DNA of 64,000 nt from Owenia fusiformis (Eukaryota): NCBI GenBank assembly GCA_903813345.2, contig CAIIXF020000001.1, positions 25,482,001-25,546,000 on the forward strand, read 5' to 3'. A model generated the notes under the pieces. That model was not told the origin of the DNA and ran no database searches. It was given only the letters and a program-made list of their open reading frames with translations. This document shows, piece by piece, positions 53,854 through 64,000 of the stretch (its first letter is position 1; every line of letters starts with the position of its first letter). A program made the translations under genes and the position numbers.

Positions 53854-55189
53854 TAATGTTTTCTATACAGATGTGCGTTCTACATTATCGATGGGGGTAT
53901 TCTTTTTCATACAAAACAACTTTAAGAATTATTTATGTTACATGTTCAATATTCAGTGATAAATACAAATATGTCACAATGTGTACTAAAATAAACAAAT
54001 TCAGTAGGAAATGATTATTATAAAACAATCGGATGTTGTACAGGAATATATTGACGCGTTTTTAATCAATACCTTTCGAACGCCCTGAACTTTTTAGTTG
54101 TGCGATATTTGTGTTACGCCCAACAAAACCATTCAGCTAACATGGAACTAATACAGTCAATGAACTACTGTATTGAAATACTGTGATCGCGTGTGCTTAC
54201 CTTTACCTCATGAGGATACTATTCATACATTTCTATCTTACAATTAGTTTTTGATGTGTCCTTGTGGTTTTAAGAGTTTATTTCAATATCGGACAGCTTA
54301 TTTTGTTAATTTACAGCTTATTTTATTAATTTATGTAATATAACGGTTAACAGTTTGTTTTTATATGGTGTATTAGTGAATGTTCAATGGAGTTTTTATG
54401 ATCCCTATATATTATATATGTTTATTGAAGTTTATGTTCTATATTGGACTTGTTAGAGAAAATGCTTTTTAAACATATAGGATATATGAAATCGACATGA
54501 ACAACGTTTTTAAATAGTGATGTAAAGCAACATGATTAACACGTGCGCACGTGAATGTGTAATAATATGACCCCACGGATTACTGTTTCGCTTTGAATTT
54601 TTTTAGGAGCCTTATTACAGCTATCATCCATATACTTATCGAGCATGGATACGCTTAAGGGGAGGGGAGCGCATTTCAACACGTTCTATTTAAAACGTTT
54701 AGCGTAAACTATGTACCCATTCCCCACCCATTAAAACAAAAAAATCAAAGCGTCCTATCCCGTCCTTATTACGGGTAAACACTTTAAAATCGATAATACG
54801 TGTAGCTCATTTAGAAATAGTATAAATGCAACTACTCAAAGCGAATAATTGCACATGTATATCCCAATGCAATGGGAATCTACTAGAAACGTTTTCAAAC
54901 GCCTAGAGTATTGTCACCTCATTTGAAACTATAGTATATCGGACGGGTTCAATGATACAGTCGTTATTATACTCTATATTTGTAATGAAAAAAAAATTTC
55001 ACTTAACTTTTCAAGATTCATTCTAGCGACAATGTGTACGTGTACCCAATATAACTGCAAACAGCAGACTTTGAATACAAAACGCAGAGTGGATATAATA
55101 TACTATCCACGGTATGTTCATAAGTACTTTTGTGTGTACTTATGGAAATAAAGGATTCGTATTCAATCCCCTAAACGTACATGTATCCC

Positions 55190-55995
55190 CTGAAGCCCCC
55201 CTCACATATGAGCGAATCACCCAAACGCAACATGACGAATGAAGTAATATTTTGTCAATTCTGACGAATCTTGAGCGAAACTGTTACAAAATCTGTTACA
55301 TAATTTCAAAACATAACGAATGGTAATGTTAGATAGCTATTTGTTGCGTATGTTTACGAAGATTGACGAATGGCTACTTTTATTCGCTAAAGTGCGTTAG
55401 GTCTCGCAAAAAAACGTTCCTCTCCCCGTCAGCGATTAACAACGCAAACATGCAAACTTAAGCGCAATTGTGCGTATGCTACCGCATCTAAACGAAGCTT
55501 TGCGAAAAGCTATATCTATAAAGAAAACTTAAAACCAAAATCAGCCTCTGACGAATTGGCGGACGTTCAGTTATGGCTAGAAACCTTCTTGGTGAGCAAT
55601 AACAGTCACATACTACAGCCTCTGGGGCTTTATATCTTCCATTTAGACAAAGAAATATTTTATTTGATTCGGCCTCCTCCTCTCCAGAATAACTGTCGAC
55701 AGGAAAAGTTCAGATATGGACCCCTGTAAGGCTACTTGCATTGACGAACGTACGTTGACGAAGCCTATGCGAAGACTTACCGATAGTTAACGCATTGAAA
55801 CGAATTACAACGAATGATACACGAAACTTTTATTCGCCGCAAATTTTTAAACATGTTCAACATTTTTCGACGAATAAGACTAATTCCAACGGATGTAAAC
55901 GTGAACAAAAGCATCCAAACGAACACCACCAACGATGTCCAACATAATGCCACGTACATATATTAATGGGAACGAATTTCACTCATGTCCTATTC
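55190..55995. mobile_element. Probable degraded MITE-like element rich in (G)ACGAA motifs
   Basis: Starts aagcccccctcacatatgagcgaat and has a high density of acgaa/gcgaa motifs compared with the flanks. No clean right TIR found. Confidence 0.3.
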
Positions 55996-56719
55996 GTCAT
56001 TATAAGCAATGGTAACAAGATCAAATAAAAAATGTGTCAATTGCCCACAAAGCAGCTGTTAAATCAGCGGTAATTAAAATATATGTTTGTCCAAAATATC
56101 AAATTGACCCCTCCTCGATTTCATCGATGTAACTTTCTGCAAGTTTCTTTGCCTCCGTTATTTTTCTACCCAGTTGAACCACAAATATCAGAGACTTTAT
56201 GGGGGGGGGGGTAAAGGGGGTAAAGGGAAAACGTTAGATTGAACATAATTAAAGTTCAGGTAACCATTTTGGGTTACGGTAGAAACATAATTCTCCGTTC
56301 CTCATAATTCTAAATAGTGATAAACGTGTGCTGAATTACCAGTAATGAATTGGGAATTTTCAAATAGCTTTCCATAGATTCACAATTGCCATAGCAATAA
56401 TAAGTTCAAAATCTATCATTTGACAACATGATTCATTTAGATGAACATTTTTTCGAATTACCAATATTTTCATACAAATATGTATGAGCAATGGTGTGTA
56501 TGAAAGTAAAGGAAAACAAAGCAACAAACAACATTTGTAACATTTTATAAATATATTTTTAAATATTTTTCAAAATATAAATCAAGCATATAATCTTCAT
56601 GTTAATAGTGCAACTCGTTGAATACCTAGAGCATATTGAAAACCAGTGTTAATCACAGATATTGCATATATGAAACTAAAATGATACATATGGAGAGACA
56701 ATACCCATGATTTTAATGT

Positions 56720-58060
56720 GTCCTTTTATCTCAAAAGGGATCCATGATATAAAAATTTTGAAACACATGACTTGTTTCTGCAATAGGATTACTGAGACAT
56801 ATTCCTGCGTTGATTTTATTGAGAATAATAAAATAGGTCAATTTTTTTTGCTCCATTTAGCATTTACGTCCTCATGAAAATGTGGATATCCAAATTGATA
56901 CACGTGAGTATCCACATTATGTGAGAAGCAAATGTTAAAGCTTCAGTATATGGCTGATATACACTGTACTATGAAATGCATATGATCATTTCAGATCTTC
57001 AGTGAAACAAAAATGTATTGCCAATGAATTATATAAAATAAAAACAAAAAATAGGACAGAATTTTGGGAGTTGCTCTCTATATCTGATTCTTAAAACAAG
57101 TAAAAATGCAAAACGCATTGTCAATTAATGCTCTGGTATCCACGAATTTGAAAGGACTCAGTCATAACATACGAAAATCATGCTGTCGTGTTGTTATGTC
57201 TGTTCCCTTTAGCAAAAACAAGTTACCAATAAATACGAAAAATAAAAAATAAAATATGACCAATGCATATCCGTACATGATGTTTCTAGTTAAACTAAAA
57301 TAAAGTTAAATCAGATAACCTCGATAACTCAATTCTAGAATTTCCCTGTCCATGGAAATCGTTAACTTATTGGATAACCACAGCGATCGCTGATGTATCT
57401 ATCGTTATTCGTTTTTCTTTTTTGATAACATATTTCATATAGAAAGTAGAATCAGGCGTAAAGCCTAATGGAATGCAACTTCACCATTTCAAGTATAAGA
57501 TCTCAAAAAGGATCCATTTGAATTTACTTAGTGTTTTAACAAATAAAATAGATACATTATCTTTGGTGACACCCTAATATAGCAGCAGTTTGGCATACAT
57601 AAAAATGTTGATATCCAAATAAATACATGCGGATATCCACATTTATTATATAAGTATTATTTTAACAAGCCAAAGAGTTAAGTCAAAATCTTCGACTATC
57701 CTTGATAGAGTACAGATAAGATTGTCTTGCCAATGAATACAGTCGTATCAGATGAAATATAAAAATTAATAAACATAACTGAATTTTTGGTAATTAATGT
57801 TGCTCTCTGTCTGATTCCCTCTTTAGATGAGTAAAAATACAAACAGGTGGTACAGTGAACAATGCTCTGGTATCTCAGGACAAAGCCATAACTGTTATAA
57901 GGAATACGAATCATACTGTCTACACTGTTTTGTCTGTCTTTATTTAACTAAACAGACGGCTACCAATAATACGAAAACGAAAAATGATAAGTAGCCAATG
58001 CATCAACCTAACATGATGTTTCTAGTTGAACTAGAACAGAATCAAGTTAGGACACCTAAC
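56720..58060. repeat. Old diverged tandem duplication (~730-770 bp offset) between genes B and A
   Basis: Collinear shared blocks: tctcaaaa.ggatccat (56729/57501), gatatccaaat (56885/57610), ttgccaatgaat (57018/57727), aatgctctggtatc (57127/57861), acatgatgtttctagtt (57275/58011). Confidence 0.8.
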
Positions 58061-58716
58061 AGTAAAACTCGTATCACTAGGCAGAGTGTGAATGTTTTTT
58101 CACCCCTGCTCTCCTCCAGAAATAAATATATGTGCATGATTTACCTTTTAGATGCCTTAATAGCGTTCAGCCTTCACACCTTCAAAAATACGTCACTTTT
58201 TCACAAGGAAACATCAAAAGGTTTTGCCTTGCAAAGGCCTTGCTATATGTTTTCTTGTGGATTTTTCAAAATCATAGTACAAGTATTATTTGGTTAAAGA
58301 AAAATACAGTCTTCTGATTCAAGTTACATCTCACAATTTTTTAATAAAAGTAATCCTGCGGTGTGATAGAGATCTGAAAAGCAATTTGGCGTTTAAAAGG
58401 TCAAATGTAGAATCCGTGGGAGAGGAGGTGAAAAAAAGCACGGAATAATCGCAGTCTCTATTATTATGATCTGAATCAAGTCTTTTCTCAAGCAATGAAT
58501 CTTTTCCAATTCATCTGCCTTCATAGAATCCATAGTAGTATTTTCCAAATTATTTTGTATCATATAATCCATGAATACACACCATTACTCATTTGGAATT
58601 TGCACTCAAAAACAACGAATGGCCATTCATATTTTTCAAATATTTTTTTTTAGTCTGATCAGGAACAATGAACCAAACGTTTTTGTATTTAAATAATGTT
58701 TATCATTTTCCTTAAT

Positions 58717-58722
58717 TTTATT
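58717..58722 (-). terminator. Candidate polyadenylation signal (AATAAA) for gene B
   Basis: AATAAA on the minus strand ~430 nt downstream of the 59152 stop; ATTAAA variants occur closer. Confidence 0.3.
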
Positions 58723-59008
58723 CGGCTAGAACATTCTAGTAAAAAGCGAATTAATTCTTGAAACTAATTAAAGTCCATGGAGTGACATTTGAGCAATGGT
58801 ATATAATGTAGGTATTGTTTTTTGCAGCGTCGACTTCGGTGAAAATCTTCTAAGACAAACTAAATATGAGACTCACTCTCTTTTTGAGATAACTGACTAT
58901 GTAAATCAAAGTAATATTTCTCGACTAGCATTTAATGCGGAAAAGCATTCTCCCCAATCAATCATTCACCATATCATGGAATACAGTTTAATTCATAGTA
59001 ACAATGCG

Positions 59009-59110
59009 TTACACATCATCATCTATTGTATAATTTTCTATATCATAATAATCCAAATTGGTGTCTTCACTTTCCTGGGGCGAAGCAGTATTATCCAAAT
59101 GAGGCCTCAA
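59009..59110 (-). repeat. Diverged duplicate of the last ~30 codons of gene B lying in its 3' UTR
   Basis: Translates as LDNTASPQESEDTNLDYYDIENYTIDDDV* versus the real C-terminus SDNTASPWESENTTLDYIVEDYALVDHDV*. The two stop codons are 143 bp apart. Confidence 0.85.
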
Positions 59111-59151
59111 TATGGTACAGTAAGGCCAAAAATCAAGTGACAGTTATTGTT

Positions 59152-62100
59152 TTACACATCATGGTCAACTAGTGCATAATCTTCCACTATATAATCCAAC
59201 GTAGTGTTTTCACTCTCCCAAGGCGAAGCAGTATTATCCGATTGTAAAGGCTGGGAGAATGGTAAATCCACCGAAGATGGGAACTGAACAGCAAATGGAC
59301 CAGTTGGAATAGGATATGACTCTGGATTCCACTCAATGGATGAGTCTGATGATTCTGTGGTACTCTCATATTCAGAATATCCACCACTTTCTTCCCAACT
59401 GTGATAAAAATTGTCGTATATTATAACTTCTTCATTTTCATGCTTTCGTCTTTTTCTGATAAGGAATATACATACGCCACAGCATAATGATGCAATTATG
59501 AAAATACCACCACCTGCTGCAACTGTACTTGTTAGAACAACACCAGCAAATTCATCTGTAATACCAGCATCAGGCGCATCAGGTAACCCTATCGTTGTAA
59601 TATTAGGAGTTGATGTATCAATTCTAAAGGTAGTTAAAGAGCCATTTGCAGTAGAAGTTGTTAGACCAGTAAGTGCTGTTGTAGCATCAACCATGGTAGT
59701 ATTTGCATATGTCGGCGCAGCATCAACTGTAGTTGTGTCAACAACTGTTGCTGTAACATCAGCCGATGTTGCGTCAGAATCTAGTGTTGTAGCCTCAGCC
59801 GTTCTTGTATCAAACTCTGTACTTGTGGATTCAGGTACTGTAATATCGGCTGCAGTTATGCCAGCCACTGTAGTTGCATCAGTAGTGTCAGTCGTAGTTA
59901 TATGAGCCACTGTAGTTGTGTCAGCAACTGTTGTTACAACGTCAGCCGTTCTTGCATCAGCTGCTGTAGTTGTAAAATAAGCTGCTGTGGTATCTGCGTC
60001 AGCCATTGTAGTTGTTTCAACAACGTTTGTTGTAATATCAGATGTTGTTGTGTCAGCCACTGTAGTTGTAGCATCAGCTGCTGTAGTATCTGCCGTAGTT
60101 GCGTCAGCCACTGTAGTTGTGTCAGCTACTGTTGTTGTAACATCAGCCGTTGTTGCATCAGCAACTGTTGTTGTAGCATCAGCTGTAGTTGTGTCAGCCA
60201 CTGTAGTTGTAGCATCAGCTGCTGTAGTATCTGCCGTAGTTGCGTCAGCCACTGTAGTTGTGTCAGCTACTGTTGTTGTAACATCAGCCGTTGTTGCATC
60301 AGCAACTGTTGTTGTACCATCAGCTGTAGTTGTGTCAGCCACTGTAGTTGTAACATCAGCTGCTGTAGTATCTGCCGTAGTTGCGTCAGCCACTGTAGTT
60401 GTGTCAGCTACTGTTGTTGTAACATCAGCCGTTGTTGCATCAGCAACTGTTGTTGCAGCATCAGCTGTAGTTGTGTCAGCCACTGTAGTTGTAGCATCAG
60501 CTGGTGTAGTATCTGCGGTAGTTGCGTCAGCCACTGTAGTTGTGTCAGCTACTGTTGTTGTAACATCAGCCGTTGTTGCATCAGCAACTGTTGTTGTAGC
60601 ATCAGCTGAAGTTGTGTCAGCCACTGTAGTTGTAGCATCAGCTGCTGTAGTATCTGCCTTTGTTGCGTCAGCCACTGTAGTTGTGTCAGCTACTGTTGTT
60701 GTAACATCAGCCGTTGTTGCATCAGCAACTGTTGTTGTAGCATCAGCTGTAGTTGTGTCAGCCACTGTAGTTGTAGCATCAGCTGCTGTAGTATCTGCCG
60801 TAGTTGCGTCAGCCACTGTAGTTGTGTCAGCTAATGTTGTTGTAACATCAGCCGTTGTTGCATCAGCAACTGTTGTTGCAGCATCAGCTGTAGTTGTGTC
60901 AGCCACTGTAGTTGTAACATCAGCTGCTGTAGTATCTGCCGTAGTTGCGTCAGCCACTGTAGTTGTGTCAGCTACTGTTATTGTAACATCAGCCGTTGTT
61001 GCATCAGCAACTGTTGTTGCAGCATCAGCTGTAGTTGTGTCAGCCACTGTAGTTGTAGCATCAGCTGCTGTAGTATCTGTCGTAGTTGCGTCAGCCACTG
61101 TAGTTGTGTCAGCTACTGTTGTTGTAACATCAGCCGTTGTTGCATCAGCAACTGTTGTTGTAGCATCAGCTGTAGTTGTGTCAGCCACTGTAGTTGTAGC
61201 ATCAGCTGCTGTAGTATCTGCCGTAGTTGCGACAGCCACTGTAGTTGTGTCAGCTACTGTTGTTGTAACATCAGCCGTTGTTGCATCAGCAACTGTTGTT
61301 GCAGCATCAGCTGTAGTTGTGTCAGCCACTGTAGTTGTGTCAGCTACTGTTGTTGTAACATCAGCCGTTGTTGCATCAGCAACTGTTGTTGCAGCATCAG
61401 CTGTAGTTGTGTCAGCCACTGTAGTTGTAGCATCAGCTGCTGTAGTATCTGCCGTAGTTGCGTCAGCCACTGTAGTTGTGTCAGCTACTGTTGTTGTAAC
61501 ATCAGCCGTTGTTGCATCAGCAACTGTTGTTGCAGCATCAGCTGTAGTTGTGTCAGCCACTGTAGTTGTAGCATCAGCTGCTGTAGTATCTGCCGTAGTT
61601 GCGTCAGCCACTGTAGTTGTGTCAGCTACTGTTGTTATAACATCAGCCGTTGTTGCATCAGCAACTGTTGTTGCAGCCTCAGCTGTAGTTGTGACAGCCA
61701 CTGTAGTTGTAGCATCAGCTGCTGTAGTATCTGCCGTAGTTGCGTCAGCCACTGTAGTTGTGTCAGCTACTGTTGTTGTAACATCAGCCGTTGTTGCATC
61801 AGCAACTGTTGTTGTAGCATCAGCTTTAGTTGTGTCAGCCACTGTAGTTGTAGCATCAGCTGCTGTAGTATCTGCCGTAGTTGCGTCAGCCACTGTAGTT
61901 GTGTCAGCTTCTGTTGTTGTAACATCAGCCGTTGTTGCATCAGCAACTGTTGTTTTAGCATCAGCTGTAGTTGTGTCAGCCACTGTAGTTGTAACATCAG
62001 CTGCTGTAGTATCTGCCGTAGTTGCGTCAGCCACTGTAGTTGTGTCAGCTACTGTTGTTGTAACATCAGCCGTTGTTGCATCAGCAACTGTTGTTGCAGC

Positions 62101-64000
62101 ATCAGCTGTAGTTGTGTCAGCCACTGTAGTTGTAGCATCAGCTGCTGTAGTATCTGCCGTAGTTGCGTCAGCCACTGTAGTTGTGTCAGCTACTGTTGTT
62201 GTAACATCAGCCGTTGTTGCATCAGCAACTGTTGTTGCAGCATCAGCTGCAGTTGTGTCAGCCATTGTAGTTGTAGCATCAGCTGCTGTAGTATCTGCCG
62301 TAGTTGCGTCAGCCACTGTAGTTGTGTCAGCTACTGTTGTTGTAACATCAGCCGTTGTTGCATCAGCAACTGTTGTTGCAGCATCAGCTGTAGTTGTGTC
62401 AGCCACTGTAGTTGTAGCATCAGCTGCTGTAGTATCTGCCGTAGTTGCATCAGCCACTGTAGTTGTGTCAGCTACTGTTGTTGTAACATCAGCCGTTGTT
62501 GCATCAGCAACTGTTGTTGTAGCATCAGCTGTAGTTGTGTCAGCCACTGTAGTTGTAGCATCAGCTGCTGTAGTATCTGCCGTAGTTGCGTCAGCCACTG
62601 TAGTTGTGTCAGCTACTGTTGTTGTAACATCAGCCGTTGTTGCATCAGCAACTGTTGTTGTAGCATCAGCTGTAGTTGTGTCAGCCACTGTAGTTGTAAA
62701 ATCAGCTGCTGTAGTATCTGCCGTAGTTGCGTCAGCCACTGTAGTTGTGTCAGCTACTGTTGATGTAACATCAGCCGTTGTTGCATCAGCAACTGTTGTT
62801 GCAGCATCAGCTGTAGTTGTGTCAGCCACTGTAGTTGTGTCAGCTACTGTTGTTGTAACATCAGCCGTTGTTGCATCAGCAACTGTTGTTGCAGCATCAG
62901 CTGTAGTTGTGTCAGCCACTGTAGTTGTAGCATCAGCTGCTGTAGTATCTGCCGTAGTTGCGTCAGCCACTGTAGTTGTGTCAGCTACTGTTGTTGTAAC
63001 ATCAGCCGTTGTTGCATCAGCAACTGTTGTTGTAGCATCAGCTGTAGTTGTGTCAGCCACTGTAGTTGTAGCATCAGCTGCTGTAGTATCTGCCGTAGTT
63101 GCGTCAGCCACTGTAGTTGTGTCAGCTACTGTTGTTGTAACATCAGCCGCTGTTGCATCAGCAACTGTTGTTGTAGCATCAGCTGTAGTTGTGTCAGCCA
63201 CTGTAGTTGTAACATCAGCTGCTGTAGTATCTGACGTAGTTGCGTCAGAAACTGTAGTTGTGTCAGCTACTGTTGTTGTACCATCAGCCGTTGTTGCATC
63301 AGCAACTGTTGTTGCAGCATCAGCTGTAGTTGTGTCAGCCACTGTAGTTGTAGCATCAGCTGCTGTAGTATCTGCCGTAGTTGCGTCAGCCACTGTAGTT
63401 GTGTCAGCTACTGTTGTTGTAACATCAGCCGTTGTTGCATCAGCAACTGTTGTTGCAGCATCAGCTGTAGTTGTGTCAGCCACTGTAGTTGTAGCATCAG
63501 CTGCTGTAGTATCTGCCGTAGTTGCGTCAGCCACTGTAGTTGTGTCAGCTACTGTTGTTGTAACATCAGCCGTTGTTGCATCAGCAACTGTTGTTGCAGC
63601 ATCAGCTTTAGTTGTGTCAGCCACTGTAGTTGTAGCATCAGCTGCTGTAGTATCTGCCGTAGTTGCGTCAGCCACTGTAGTTGTGTCAGCTACTGTTGTT
63701 GTAACATCAGCCGTTGTTGCATCAGCAACTGTTGTTGCAGCATCAGCTGTAGTTGTGTCAGCCACTGTAGTTGTAGCATCAGCTGCTGTAGTATCTGCCG
63801 TAGTTGCGTCAGCCACTGTAGTTGTGTCAGCTACTGTTGTTGTAACATCAGCCGATGTTGCATCAGCAACTGTTGTTGTAGCATCAGCTGTAGTTGTGTC
63901 AGCCACTGTAGTTGTAGCATCAGCTGCTGTAGTATCTGCCGTAGTTGCGTCAGCCACTGTAGTTGTGTCAGCTACTGTTGTTGTAACATCAGCCCTTGTT
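59152..64000 (-). CDS. Gene B 3' part: type I membrane-anchored mucin-like protein (TADV repeats, TM helix, 101-aa cytoplasmic tail), 5' end beyond the window
   Basis: ORF 59152..63957, open to the edge. Repeats degenerate at ~60050-59690, followed by N-glycosylation sequons (NTT, NGS, NIT), a hydrophobic segment FAGVVLTSTVAAGGGIFIIASLCCGVCIFLI (59550-59458), a positive-inside cluster RKRRK and an acidic tail with 7 Tyr. Confidence 0.88.
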   Translation of the reverse strand, partial: TRADVTTTVADTTTVADATTADTTAADATTTVADTTTADATTTVADATSADVTTTVADTTTVADATTADTTAADATTTVADTTTADAATTVADATTADVTTTVADTTTVADATTADTTAADATTTVADTTKADAATTVADATTADVTTTVADTTTVADATTADTTAADATTTVADTTTADAATTVADATTADVTTTVADTTTVADATTADTTAADATTTVADTTTADAATTVADATTADGTTTVADTTTVSDATTSDTTAADVTTTVADTTTADATTTVADATAADVTTTVADTTTVADATTADTTAADATTTVADTTTADATTTVADATTADVTTTVADTTTVADATTADTTAADATTTVADTTTADAATTVADATTADVTTTVADTTTVADTTTADAATTVADATTADVTSTVADTTTVADATTADTTAADFTTTVADTTTADATTTVADATTADVTTTVADTTTVADATTADTTAADATTTVADTTTADATTTVADATTADVTTTVADTTTVADATTADTTAADATTTVADTTTADAATTVADATTADVTTTVADTTTVADATTADTTAADATTTMADTTAADAATTVADATTADVTTTVADTTTVADATTADTTAADATTTVADTTTADAATTVADATTADVTTTVADTTTVADATTADTTAADVTTTVADTTTADAKTTVADATTADVTTTEADTTTVADATTADTTAADATTTVADTTKADATTTVADATTADVTTTVADTTTVADATTADTTAADATTTVAVTTTAEAATTVADATTADVITTVADTTTVADATTADTTAADATTTVADTTTADAATTVADATTADVTTTVADTTTVADATTADTTAADATTTVADTTTADAATTVADATTADVTTTVADTTTVADTTTADAATTVADATTADVTTTVADTTTVAVATTADTTAADATTTVADTTTADATTTVADATTADVTTTVADTTTVADATTTDTTAADATTTVADTTTADAATTVADATTADVTITVADTTTVADATTADTTAADVTTTVADTTTADAATTVADATTADVTTTLADTTTVADATTADTTAADATTTVADTTTADATTTVADATTADVTTTVADTTTVADATKADTTAADATTTVADTTSADATTTVADATTADVTTTVADTTTVADATTADTTPADATTTVADTTTADAATTVADATTADVTTTVADTTTVADATTADTTAADVTTTVADTTTADGTTTVADATTADVTTTVADTTTVADATTADTTAADATTTVADTTTADATTTVADATTADVTTTVADTTTVADATTADTTAADATTTVADTTTSDITTNVVETTTMADADTTAAYFTTTAADARTADVVTTVADTTTVAHITTTDTTDATTVAGITAADITVPESTSTEFDTRTAEATTLDSDATSADVTATVVDTTTVDAAPTYANTTMVDATTALTGLTTSTANGSLTTFRIDTSTPNITTIGLPDAPDAGITDEFAGVVLTSTVAAGGGIFIIASLCCGVCIFLIRKRRKHENEEVIIYDNFYHSWEESGGYSEYESTTESSDSSIEWNPESYPIPTGPFAVQFPSSVDLPFSQPLQSDNTASPWESENTTLDYIVEDYALVDHDV
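60050..64000. repeat. 141-bp tandem repeat array B (~28 units in window), same family as array A
   Basis: Same 47-codon unit with array-specific consensus differences (ADTTTAD, frequent ADAATTV, ADVTTTV). Confidence 0.97.

Noticed and set aside
57696-59140. Short ORFs between the genes and antisense to the gene B 3' UTR
   Set aside because: No homology cues or coherent exon structure; consistent with chance ORFs.

Overview
Eukaryotic genomic DNA. The AT-rich intron/intergenic sequence and the Kolobok-, Tc1/mariner- and Helentron-type non-autonomous elements suggest a marine invertebrate (inference). About 46 kb of the window is one 141-bp (47-codon) tandem repeat in two arrays (1-~41.3 kb and ~60.05-64 kb). 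On the minus strand it encodes a Thr/Ala/Asp/Val-only, proline-free mucin-like polymer (consensus ADTTTV-ADATT-ADTTA-ADATTTV-ADTTA-ADATTTV-ADATT-ADVTTAV). The window spans the head-to-tail junction of two paralogous minus-strand genes. Gene B (3' end, 59152->64000) ends in a transmembrane helix and a Tyr-rich acidic cytoplasmic tail, and a diverged copy of the tail end sits in its 3' UTR. Gene A (5' end) can be rebuilt as a signal-peptide exon (53343-53727), an ~11-kb transposon-rich intron, an exon starting at 42249 with a furin site (KRFRR/EA) just before the repeats, a probable short in-frame intron (~41319-41438), and a >41-kb repeat exon that runs off the window. The only frameshifts in array A (12593-12980) lie at the seam of a near-exact 6.08-kb duplication and look like an assembly artefact. 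The Val/Ala/Ser, Cys/Ser and Leu/Gln ORFs are shadow frames of the repeat.
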